Positions 49,722-61,914 of a DNA stretch of 64,000 nt are shown here, piece by piece. This DNA is from Octopus sinensis (Eukaryota). How positions within the stretch are numbered: the first letter of the stretch is position 1; each line of letters starts with the position of its first letter. A program made the translations under genes and the position numbers. The stretch is from positions 163,928,001-163,992,000 of the forward strand of contig NC_042998.1 of assembly GCF_006345805.1 (NCBI RefSeq), read 5' to 3'. The notes below the pieces were generated by a model. That model was not told the DNA's origin. It saw only the letters and a program-made list of their open reading frames with translations, and searched no databases.

Positions 49722-50262
49722 GTATGTATGTATGTATGTATGTATGTATGTATGTATGTATGTATGTATGTATGTATGTATGTATGTATGTATGTCAGTA
49801 TTCTTTTTATTTCAAAAGATTTCTTGCCAATAGAGAAAGAACCGGTTTCTAACCTAGATCCAAGGTTCCTTCATAGGAATTTCAACATCAACAACAGGGT
49901 ACTTTTGTACGTACGTGTGTATGTATGTATGTATGTATGTATGTATGTATGTATGTATGTATGTATGTATGTATGTATGTACGTACGTGCAGATTTTTAT
50001 GTTTTACGTATGTATTCTCATGCATTTTGTTACATATCTAGACATGCTCATATATATTTAAATGATAAACTTCTGGAAAGTTTTACAGATTTTTACAGTT
50101 CCAGTGATGGATTGGATCTGTAGTCTTCGAATTAGCTTTCTCCTTTCTGGTTTTGAGAAGCCTAATTTCTCAATACTGGTATTTAGGCAGTGTATGTATG
50201 TATGTATGTATGTATGTATGTATGTATGTATGTATGTATGTATGTATGTATGTATGTATGTA
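49722..50262. repeat. Three (TATG)n arrays separated by unique spacers
   Basis: Direct reading. Confidence 0.9.
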
Positions 50263-50826
50263 TTCACAATTACTGATGCATAAATACTCACTTATATACA
50301 TAAATTTATACAGCTTCAGTTACAAGTGTATGCTAGATAGGTAAAGCCAAAACTGAAGATAGCCACTCGAATGCTCTTGAAATACGACTTTGTCGTATAG
50401 CTTGTTGGAGTAAGAAATTTCCAAAAGGCGTGTTGTAAAATGTTGAATAAAATAAGGAAGGAAAAATAATGGATAAATATGAGACTGACAAATTATGAAA
50501 ATTGGTGGAACCTAAATATATAAGCAGCAAATAAATCACAACCGACATGATATTGTTATTTGGAACTATAAAACACAAACATATTGTATTATCTTTTTGA
50601 TAGCACAATATGTTATCATTACACTGCGGCTATGCTGGCGTACTGACTCTAAGAATTTTTAGCCGAATAAATCGATCCCAGTACATTTTTTAAAGCCTGG
50701 TACTTATTCTGTCAGTCCCTTTCACCGAGCTGCTACGTAAACAACCAATACCGGTTGTCAAGCAGTGGATGGAGGGCAAACACAGTTACACACACACAGA
50801 TTATATATAAATGTTACAACAAACAT

Positions 50827-50897
50827 TTTATATCTTGGACCCAAGGTTTCGCATCCACAAAGCAAAGCATTGTGGACAGCTCATCAGACTATATAAA
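50827..50897 (-). ncRNA. Type I hammerhead ribozyme with intact core
   Basis: Minus strand CTGATGA-GC-tg-TCCACAA...TTGTGGA-t-GC-GAAA-CC-TTG-G-GTC. Distal stem I TTTATAT/ATATAAA, with a proximal internal loop. Confidence 0.7.
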
Positions 50898-50899
50898 TA

Positions 50900-51294
50900 C
50901 AAAATTTAGAATATCTACATCGCAGACGTGAGAAAACACTGAGAACTCGAAGAATACACCTTTAAAAAAAAATCTAAGGGCATTAAATTTTTGGAAGAAA
51001 GCGAGTGAATATGTGCGAAAACACGGACAAAAAATCGAGAAAACGGAGAAAATGCTACAAAAAACAAGAATAACAAGTGTCTTTCGACTAAAAGGATAAG
51101 TTAAGTTAAACTGGCGTGTGAAGTGGAAGCCTTACAGCAACAAACATAAATGAAAGTGAGGAGACAGGAAACTAAGGTGTTGTGCAAGCGGCGGTCAGAC
51201 CAAGAAAGAAAGATCATGCTTGGTCGAGTACTGATCACGTGGGAGGAACAGAAAGAGGTAGGGAGCAGAGGGATTGAAGAATTAGAGAAGGAAC

Positions 51295-51300
<6 letters not shown>
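50900..51300 (-). mobile_element. Penelope-type terminal repeat related to family P1
   Basis: Shares CAAGTGTCTTTCGACT...CTGGCGTGTGAAG and CCAAGAAAGAAAGATC with 21660-21790; lies directly upstream of the HHR at 50827-50897. Confidence 0.6.
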
Positions 51301-51384
<84 letters not shown>

Positions 51385-51589
51385 GAGACAGAGACAGAGG
51401 GAAATGTACAAGGGAGATAAGAGGAAAGTAGAGGGGTTAAAGAAAGAGAATGCCAAGAAATGTGAAAGGGGGAGCGAGAAAAAGAAAAATGGAAAGAAAG
51501 AGAATGCCAAGAAAGTGAGAGAGGGGGTCCGAGAAAAAGAAAAGAAGAAAGAAAGAAGAAAGTCGTAAATTATTAGATATATACTTACA

Positions 51590-51638
<49 letters not shown>

Positions 51639-51714
51639 TGTATGTATGTATGTACGTACGTACGTATGTATGTATGTATGTATGTATGTATGTATGTATG
51701 TATGTATGTATGTA

Positions 51715-51935
51715 TGTATGTGCTTGTGTCTTTGTGTTTGTCCGCCTACTACCACATGACAACCCGTGTTGGTGTGTTTGTGTCTCCGTAACTTAGCGGT
51801 TCGACAAAAGAGATCTATAGAATAAATACCAGACTTAAAAAAGAAGTACTGGTGTCGGTTCATTTGACTAAGAAAAATTCAAGGGAGTGCCCCAGCATGG
51901 CCGCAGTCTAGTGACTGAAAGAAGTAAAAGATAAA
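51715..51935 (+). mobile_element. SINE family 2, 3' half
   Basis: CCGTAACTTAGCGGTTCG...CCAGCATGGCCGCAGTC. Confidence 0.85.
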
Positions 51936-51946
51936 GATATATATAT

Positions 51947-52167
51947 GGATCTATTCAATCTTCGGATTCTGGTTGAATGTGTCACGTAGAACACGGTTTA
52001 CTCTTAATGTTTTTGACAAAACTTTGTATTTTAGAAGTTATTTCGTGTTAAAGTTGTCTTATTTGGGTAATTTTAACCAATCAATGATGTGTATTCATCT
52101 GGAGAAAGTTACTGCTGTTTACGAAAGTAATGGAAGAGAAACAACTTCCGGGTCATCGGGTCATGAA

Positions 52168-52200
<33 letters not shown>

Positions 52201-52318
52201 GAGGAGGGAGAAAAGTATAAAAGATAAGAAGGGTGGGTGAGAAAAAGGGAAAATTTTTTTATAGGGACTGAGTGAGAAAAACAGAAATTTCTTTTATAGG
52301 GAATACATACGTACGTAC

Positions 52319-52350
<32 letters not shown>

Positions 52351-52522
52351 ATTTTTCCATTTTATCCAATGTGTCCTCTTGTTTATATGTGACATTGAGA
52401 GAGATTTGGCTATTATTTCCGGCAGGTTAAGTAACTATACAGATTCTCACATTTTTTCACACACACATACATACATGCATACATGCACACATACATACAT
52501 ACACACATACATGCACACATAC

Positions 52523-52553
<31 letters not shown>

Positions 52554-52798
52554 GTGATTGCGCCTGTTTTTTTAACGTGACAAATCGGAGAAAGAGAGAT
52601 AAGGGGGGAGAGAGATAAGGGGGGAGAGAGAGAAGGGGGGAGAGAGAGAAGGGGGAAGAGAGAGAAGGGGAGAGAGAGAGAGAGAGAACGGAGAGAGTGG
52701 TGGTGTGTTGACTATTTGAACGACAGCTTATATAAACTTACCAATCCCTTACCACTGCATATTAATTTATTAAACCCTCTCCGTGCGAGTGTATGTGT

Positions 52799-52844
<46 letters not shown>

Positions 52845-53166
52845 ATATACATGTGTCTGTGTATTTACGTTCATATATTCATGCAGCGTGCGAAACAGAT
52901 GACTCGATAACCCGGAAGTTGTTGCCCTTCCATTACTTACGCAAACAGCAGTAACTTTCTCCAGCTGAATACACGTCATCGATTGGTTAAAATTACCCAA
53001 ATAAGACAACTTTAACACGAAATAACTTCTAAAATACAAAGTTTTGTCAAAAACGTTAAGTGTAAACAGTGTTCTACGTGACACATTCGACCAGTATCCG
53101 AAGTTTCAAACTGTTTAGTTAAAAAAAAATTCATTAAAAAATCTGTTACTGAGATTGAATAGATCC
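51947..53166. mobile_element. Non-autonomous DNA transposon with long (over 200 bp) TIRs and GGATCT termini
   Basis: 51947-52165 is the reverse complement of about 52900-53166, apart from a ~50 bp block missing on the left. Flanked by ATATAT; interior is microsatellite-rich and non-coding. Confidence 0.88.
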
Positions 53167-53201
<35 letters not shown>

Positions 53202-53633
53202 TGTATGTATGTATGTATGTATGTATGTATACAACGGGTTTCTTTCAGTTTATTTCTTCTAAATTTACTCACAAGGTTTCAGTTGACTGGGACTATTGTA
53301 GGAGACACTTGCCCAAGGTAACATGTGCTTGGGAAACAAAGCGTGAAATTTCTATCAAAATTAATAAGAGAATAATTACAGTTGAACTGCATCGAGACCT
53401 ATTCAGTTTATACATTTGTATTTGTATCTAATTAATCGTTGGTTCCCCTTAAGATACTAGACATTGAAATAATTGCATGGAAAAGCTTGGGTTTTCAGGT
53501 AAAGTAATTACAATACCATTGGTGTTTTGCAAATTCAGTCTGTAAGTACAACAGTAACAAACATGCTAGATCTTTCTAAAATTAAACAAGACTTAAATAT
53601 CTGTCACAGAGATTAGTTTCCTAGATTGGAAAC

Positions 53634-54093
53634 GGATCTTTTCGGTTTGAACAGCAGTTTTTTAAAATAATTTCCGCGTAACTTAACACTTTTAAACTTC
53701 GTATACTGGTAGAATGCGTTTATAAAACATCTTTTTCTCTTGGCTTTATTGAGAAAATTCTATAGTTTGTAAGATATTTGTTGTTTTTTCTTCTTCAATT
53801 TCTGCAATTTCAACCAATCAATGACGTGTATTGAGGTGAAAACATTCTGTGCCGTATGAAAATGTCCCTCGTTTAAGAAACAGATTGGGTTTATTTACAT
53901 TTGTGAAGAAAAAAGATACCCTTCCCCCACCCCTAACCCTAACCCTAACCCTAACTAACCCTAACTAACCATAACTCTAACTCTATCCCTGTAATAGACT
54001 GAAAGGCAATAGATCGATACTAGGGTCATAATTATGGGTGATAACTTCATATGACACCGCTAGAAAAAACTGCCGTTCAAACCGAAAAGATCC
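53634..54093. mobile_element. MITE with GGATCT termini containing telomere-like (CCCTAA)n
   Basis: TIR GGATCTTTTCGGTTTGAACAGCAGTTTTTT / AAAAAACTGCCGTTCAAACCGAAAAGATCC; CCCTAA repeats at 53931-53985. Confidence 0.85.
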
Positions 54094-54154
54094 TTGAAAA
54101 CAACTCTTTCATACAGGAAGATATAACGAATGCAAAAACAAGATGATATATTCT

Positions 54155-54490
54155 TTTATGCTTTTACTTGTTTCAGTCATTCTACTGCCGCTATACTGGG
54201 GCACGGCTAGAATAAATCTTCCACAGTTCATATATTAAATCTGGTGCTTTTTTCTAAAATTTAAGTTACAGAACCTGTTGTGAAGCGATGGTAGGAGACA
54301 AACACAATCATACATGCAAACACACATACAAAAATACATGCACGCACACACACACATATGGTGGGCAACCTCACAGTTTTCATCAACCAAATTCACTCAC
54401 AAGGCACAGGGTGTAAGCAGAGGACACGAGTCCAAAGGGCCGGGCAGTAGGACTGAATTCAAAACCACGTTGTAGCAAATCAAGTTTCTA
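54155..54490 (-). mobile_element. SINE family 2, diverged
   Basis: TTTTACTTGTTTCAGTCATT tail and CAAATTCACTCACAAGGC motifs. Confidence 0.7.
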
Positions 54491-54504
54491 AATCGAAGTG
54501 AAGC

Positions 54505-54602
<98 letters not shown>

Positions 54603-54976
54603 CTGTGATTACGATCCCTATTGATCAACTTTTTTTTCCTCTCCCCATTTCTTTTTTTTCCCTCTCCCCCCCTTTTTTTTAATCCTCCCCTTTTTTTTGT
54701 CCTCTTTCTTTCCTTTTACGATCCCTTTTGATCGAAAACCAACCCCCCTTTTTTTACCCCCAAAAGAAAAGCTCTACCTTGAAATTTGTTCTGTCTGTGT
54801 GCAGCCCTGTGTGGCTAATAAAGAAACATATCTATCTATCTATCTGTTTATATGTATGATTGTATATATATATATATATACATATTCGAACATATATGTA
54901 TGGCTATACAAGAGCATGTAACTACACACGTGTTGTTGGCAATTTCCTTTCCTTCTTTGAACTTTTCCCTTTCTAC

Positions 54977-55009
54977 TTTCCGACGAAGACTTATGCTCGA
55001 AACGTCAAA
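54977..55009 (+). ncRNA. Minimal hammerhead ribozyme, core variant CCGACGA
   Basis: TTT-CCGACGA-A-GAC-TTAT-GCTC-GAAACGTC-AAA; same family as 36059 and 47469. Confidence 0.6.
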
Positions 55010-55191
55010 ATTACCTCTTTTTATCGAGCATCAAACAAATACATTCCTTGTGCGCGCCCACTTGTTGCTTGTTGTTGTTAGTTTTGTTGCTAGTGTATAT
55101 TTATATATATATATTGAATTGAACTGAACTGAACCAGTTTCAGCTCATGAGCCGTGGTCATGTTGGGGCACCGCCATATATATATATATAT

Positions 55192-55223
<32 letters not shown>

Positions 55224-55629
55224 GGGAAGAGAGAGAGAAAAACAGAGAGAAAGGGAAAGGAAAGGAGACTGTGTGTGAGAGAGAAGAGTTGACCTCAGAA
55301 GAAGATTAGTGCTTTATGTAAGAACTCGGAAAAAGAAATGCAATGTCGACCTCAGTTATTTGAACTCAAAACATTGATGTCCGGAACGAATGCCGAAAAG
55401 GAATTTATCCAGTGCTCTAACATGTCTGCTAAATCGTCCGCGCGCCCTCACACACACGCACACAAGCAGAAACTCAAACACATACACATACATACACGCG
55501 CGGGCACACACATACATACACAGAGAGAGGCACAAACACGCTTGCATACGCTCACACACAAACACACACATATATATTACACATACACGCATATAGTGTA
55601 CTAGTATGTGTGTGTTTGTGTATATGTAT

Positions 55630-55856
55630 ATATATACTCTTTTACTTGTTTCAGTCATTTGACTGCGGCCATGCTGGAGCACTACCTTTTAGTCGAGCAA
55701 ATCGACCCCACGACTTATTCTTTGTAAGCCTAGTACTTATTCTATCGGCCTCTTTTGCCGAACCGGTAAGTTACGGGGACGTAAACACACCACCATCGGT
55801 TGTAAAGCGATGTTTTTTTTGTGTGTGTCTGTGTTTGGGGGGGGGGGCAAACACAG

Positions 55857-55889
<33 letters not shown>

Positions 55890-55900
55890 CATATATACAT

Positions 55901-55935
<35 letters not shown>

Positions 55936-56012
55936 CGACGGGCTTCTTTTCAGTTTACTGAACGCGGAACCATGTGGTTGGTAAGCAAACTACTTACCAC
56001 ACAGCCACTCCA
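55630..56012 (-). mobile_element. SINE family 2
   Basis: Close match to the reverse complement of 2384-2782. Confidence 0.92.
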
Positions 56013-56015
56013 GCG

Positions 56016-57320
<1,305 letters not shown>

Positions 57321-57705
57321 TATGTATGTAAATATATATATCGATGGGGATGAAAGGTTGGTATCGCAGCTCTCTGGTTTCAGATTCAATCACCCGATTT
57401 AATTGCACTGAGCGGTATTTGGGCAAATGTCTTTTACCATAACCTTGAGTTGATCAAAGCGCTTCTGAATGAAATTACATACACGTACAAATATACGATA
57501 ACGCAAATGCACTCTGAAAGCTCGTTGGAAATATTGTTGCTGTTCTTGGTTGCTAGACATAATCCACCGCCTGGTTCAACGCTCCCACATAGAACTTGTT
57601 TGTCTTTAGTAGAGTTCATTTTGAAAGATTTTTCGCTAGGTTTCCGATTTGATGAATATTTCGACCCGTCCTCCCATACAAAGAAATCACTTATACCTTC
57701 TTGTT

Positions 57706-57799
<94 letters not shown>

Positions 57800-57800
<1 letters not shown>

Positions 57801-58280
57801 TTACCAGTTCGAATAAGCTTGAGGTATATTCGAACCTGTAACAAAAGCCATTCACTTTATTTTGCCATGGAGAAAATTTCTCGCTGTAGTGAAACAGGTG
57901 TAAACATACCAAATCAGTTTGGAGCGCCTTCCAACCAACTGCTGGACACATGCATTTCGGAGTAGTTATCTCCTCTTCAACATCAGACATTAGAAGCGGG
58001 AGGCGCCATGAACTGACTTGAAATACATCTGTTATCTTATTGCAATCGGCAGATTGGCCTTAATAAAATATGGAATAGAAGCGCTAAGCAGTGATGTGTC
58101 TAAATATAAACTTACGACCAGTTCGAATATGCTTCAGGCATATTCGAACACGTAAGAAAATCATTCACTGCATTTTGTCACGGAGAAAAATTCTCGCTGG
58201 AGATAAGGACGTGCAGACACACCAAATGATTTCGAAGCGACCCTCAACAAAACTGATGGCTGCATACATTTCTGAATAGT
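57800..58280 (+). repeat. Two diverged tandem ~170 bp units, each starting with a GTTCGAATA hairpin
   Basis: 57800-57965 aligns to 58112-58280. Confidence 0.75.
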
Positions 58281-58819
58281 TTTTATATGCATACATACAC
58301 ACATAATTTTCACTAAAGATTTCTGCATACACATAACTTTTCCTTAGTATTTCTGTATACATATATGCATGCATACATACATACATACATACCATACATA
58401 CATACATACATACATACATACATACATACATACATACGCACACACATATACGTTATATGTGTGTAACTTCCCCTCAATATTTCTAATTACATACAAATAC
58501 ACATAACTATCCCACGATATTTCTGTATCTTTTATCTTTACTTGTTTCAGTAATTGGAATGCGGTCATACTGGGGCAGCACCTTGAAGGGTTTAGTTGAA
58601 CAAATCGACCCCAGTACTTAGTTTTAAAGTCTGGTATTTATTGTATTATTCTCTTTTGTCGAGCCGTTATATTACCAGGGCGTAAACCAACCATCAACGG
58701 TTGTCCAAGCAGTGATTGGAGACACGCATCGCTAACGCAGACAGTGCACACACACACACACACACACACACGCACGCACACGCACACACGCACGCACACA
58801 CACACACACACACACACAC

Positions 58820-58868
<49 letters not shown>

Positions 58869-59264
58869 CTTTCCCTGAATATTTGGTTAACTGCAATTCA
58901 GGAAGTTTTCTCCTTTGTCTTTTGAAAGTAATTCTCATTAACGTTAACGAACTTTCTTTCTCATTGCGGTCAAAATTTCATGTGATTAAAATTTATTTCG
59001 GTTCATTATAAAAATATATGTTCCTCATAGAAAAGAAACTCTTGGGGAATTTTCCGATGTAATTATTTTAAATTGCTTAATCAGCAAACTATTTTCACAC
59101 CCAAAATTATGTCTTTTAGCCATTCTGAGGCTTTGGCAGCTGTGTTGTATTGAATGACAAACGATGAGAAAAAAAACCAAACAAAAAACAAAAAAAACTG
59201 GTATTATTTTTCTCTTAGTGATTGTTCGCGACTCTCAAAGAATAGAGAGTGAAATTTATATAAG

Positions 59265-59595
59265 CACGTGTGGCAATGTGGTAAGAAGTTTGCTTCCCAA
59301 CCACATTATTCCGGGTTCAGTCCCACTGCATAGCACCTTGCACATGTTTTCACGGATTTGATAGACAGAAACTGAAAGAAGCCCATCCTCTCTGTGTGTG
59401 TGTGTGTGTACGTTCGTAGCTATATGTTTGTGTCTTTGTGGTTGTCCCCTACCACCTGTAGACAGTTGGTGCTGGTTGCTTAGCGACCGAAAGAATAAGC
59501 AATAAGCTTTGAAAAGTAAGTACTGGGGTTGATTCTTCGACTAAACTCAAAGGCGATGTCTCAGCATGGGTTCAGTCGTCTGAATAAAACAAGTA
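59265..59595 (+). mobile_element. SINE family 2
   Basis: CCGGGTTCAGTCCCACTGC head through the AAAACAAGTA tail. Confidence 0.85.
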
Positions 59596-59980
59596 GTAGG
59601 AGCACTCCGTCGGTTGCGACGATGAGGGTCCCAGCTGATACGATCAACGGAACAGCTTGCTCGTGATATTAACGTGCAAGTGGCTGAGCACTCCACAGAC
59701 ACGTGTACCCTTAATGTAGTTCTCGAGGAGATTCAGCGTGACACACAGAATGTGACAAGGCTGGCCCTTTGAAATACAGGTACAACAGAAACAGGAAGAA
59801 AGAGCGAGAGAAAGTTGTGGTGAAAGAGTACTGCAGGGTTCACCACCACCCCCTGCCGGAGCCTCGTGGAGCTTTAGGTGTTTTCGCTCAATAAACACTC
59901 ACAATGCCCGGTCTAGGAATCGAAACCGTGATCCTCCGACCGCGAGTCCGCTGCCCTAACCACTGGGCCATTGCGCCTCC
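59596..59980 (-). mobile_element. tRNA-derived SINE family 3 variant inserted in the tail of a family 2 SINE
   Basis: 12 bp TSD ATAAAACAAGTA (59584-59595, 59981-59992); head GGAGGCGCAATGGCCCAGTGGTTAGG...GGTTTCGATTCC. Confidence 0.9.
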
Positions 59981-60238
59981 ATAAAACAAGTAAAAGGAAA
60001 GCTAACAAAAGCTAACAAAATGATGTTAGAAGGGGAGATAATTCAAATGGAATAATGACATGAATAAATAAATAAAATGTGATGCATTGAATGATATGTA
60101 AAGGGCCGATCGAAGCAAAATATTCTCAATTACTGAAACATTCCTATTTAGCTGTATAAAAATAAATAAATAAATGAATTAGTAAATAGCAGTATGCACA
60201 AGTGAGTGTCAATGAAAAGAATATGTTACAGATTTATA

Positions 60239-60750
60239 AGGCGGCGAGCTGGCAGAAACGTTAGCATGCCGGGCAAAATGCATTGTGGTATTTCGTCTGC
60301 CGTTGCGTTCTGAGTTCAAATTCCGCCGAGGTCGACTTTGCCTTTCATCCTTTCGGGGTCGATAAATTAAGCACCAGTTACGCACTGTGGTCGATGTAAT
60401 AGACTTAATCCGTTCGTCTGTCCTTGTTTGTCCCCTCTGTGTTTATCCCTTTGTGGGTAGTAAAGAAATAGGTATTTCGTCTGCCGCTACGTTCTGAGTT
60501 CAAAATCCACCGAGGTCGACTTTGACTTTCATCCTTTCGGGGGTCGATTAAATAAGTACCAGTTATGCACAGGGATCGATACAATCGACTTAATCCGTGT
60601 GTCTAGCCTTGTTTGTCCCCTCTGTGTTTAGCCCCTTGTGTGTAATAAAGAAATAGGTATTTCGCCCGTCTTAACGTTCTGAGCTCAAATTTCGCCGTGG
60701 TTGACTTTGCCTTTCATCCTTTTTGGGTCGAGAGAATATGTACCAGTTGC
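60239..60750 (+). mobile_element. SINE family 1 (long form) with three tandem modules
   Basis: One head plus three GGTATTTCG...CTTTCATCCTTT modules. Confidence 0.92.
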
Positions 60751-61406
60751 CAAAATTTGAAATCACTATGTTAAAAATTAATTTCACAAAATTGGCTGAT
60801 ATACTTGGGGAAAATGTATTCTTTATTTTAAGGCTAGGCGTTAGATATGATTATGTGCAGGTCTGATTGAACCTTTCCAGCGTATAATCTACTCAAGTTG
60901 TTTTGCTGGGGATTTTCAACACGCTCGAAACCTGACCAGAATTGTTTATTATTGCTACCAGATATCAGACTCAGTATGTCATTTCAATATATGATAATGA
61001 AATTTTAGTATTCCTGTTCCCCTCCCTCTTTCAGTGTAAATTTTCATCAACGCTAATGATTTTTCATATAGTTACGCTTACAATTTTCATTGATTAAAAA
61101 ATCATTTTTGAAAAATCGTATTAAGCATTTGATAAAAAAAAAAAAACACGCAAGAATGTAAACGCATTCCTTCTATGCTTTTAATGTGCGGAGAAATAAT
61201 TTACTGCAGTGGCCTTTGTCAGTTAGAGAACGTATTAATTTAAATTTAAATTATTTTCTGCAGTATTATTTTTTCCGGTAATTTAGCGCGCCAAAACGAA
61301 GACATTTGAATAGTAACCACGAGTGTAATAGGCAGAACTATATACAGGTCCGACTTTATGCGGATGTCCTAGTATATAGTTCTACAAATTATATTTGTTT
61401 GGACGG

Positions 61407-61478
61407 TCACACCGAAGATCTACGGACAATTGCGTAAGTAAAATTATGTAATATGTTAATAGTGAAACATGTATGTGA
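61407..61478 (+). ncRNA. Type I hammerhead ribozyme with extended stem II, core variant CCGAAGA
   Basis: TCACA-CCGAAGA-[45 nt]-GAAAC-AT-GTA-TGTGA; perfect 5 bp stem I, palindromic stem III ACATGT, preceded by a hairpin at 61335-61382. Confidence 0.65.
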
Positions 61479-61632
61479 ATAATCCATATTTTTGTTGCTT
61501 TTTCTTTTGTCTTGCTCGATTACGTTCTGGTGTTTGCTAAATTATTCTTGAGAGCATTTCTTAGTGGTAAGACCATAGCGGATCTACTTCTAGTATAAGG
61601 GTTGTCCACATAGTGGTCATCCCTCTCATATG

Positions 61633-61764
<132 letters not shown>

Positions 61765-61914
61765 ATAAGGTCCAAAGATTGAGGTTTAGAAAGAAAGTTA
61801 ACGTCAAGCAATCCGTAGTAAATATGAAAAAAAACAACAACTTTCAGGGCAATAGTGGTTTATTGAGACGGAAGGTTGTGGATTTTTTCGTATCGAAGTA
61901 CGATAAACTGAAAT

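Noticed and set aside
49722-50262. CRISPR-like repeat-spacer pattern
   Set aside because: The repeats are variable-length tetranucleotide microsatellites, the spacers are long and unequal, there are no cas genes and the context is eukaryotic.
53931-53985. Chromosome end or fusion site
   Set aside because: A short degenerate CCCTAA tract enclosed by MITE TIRs.
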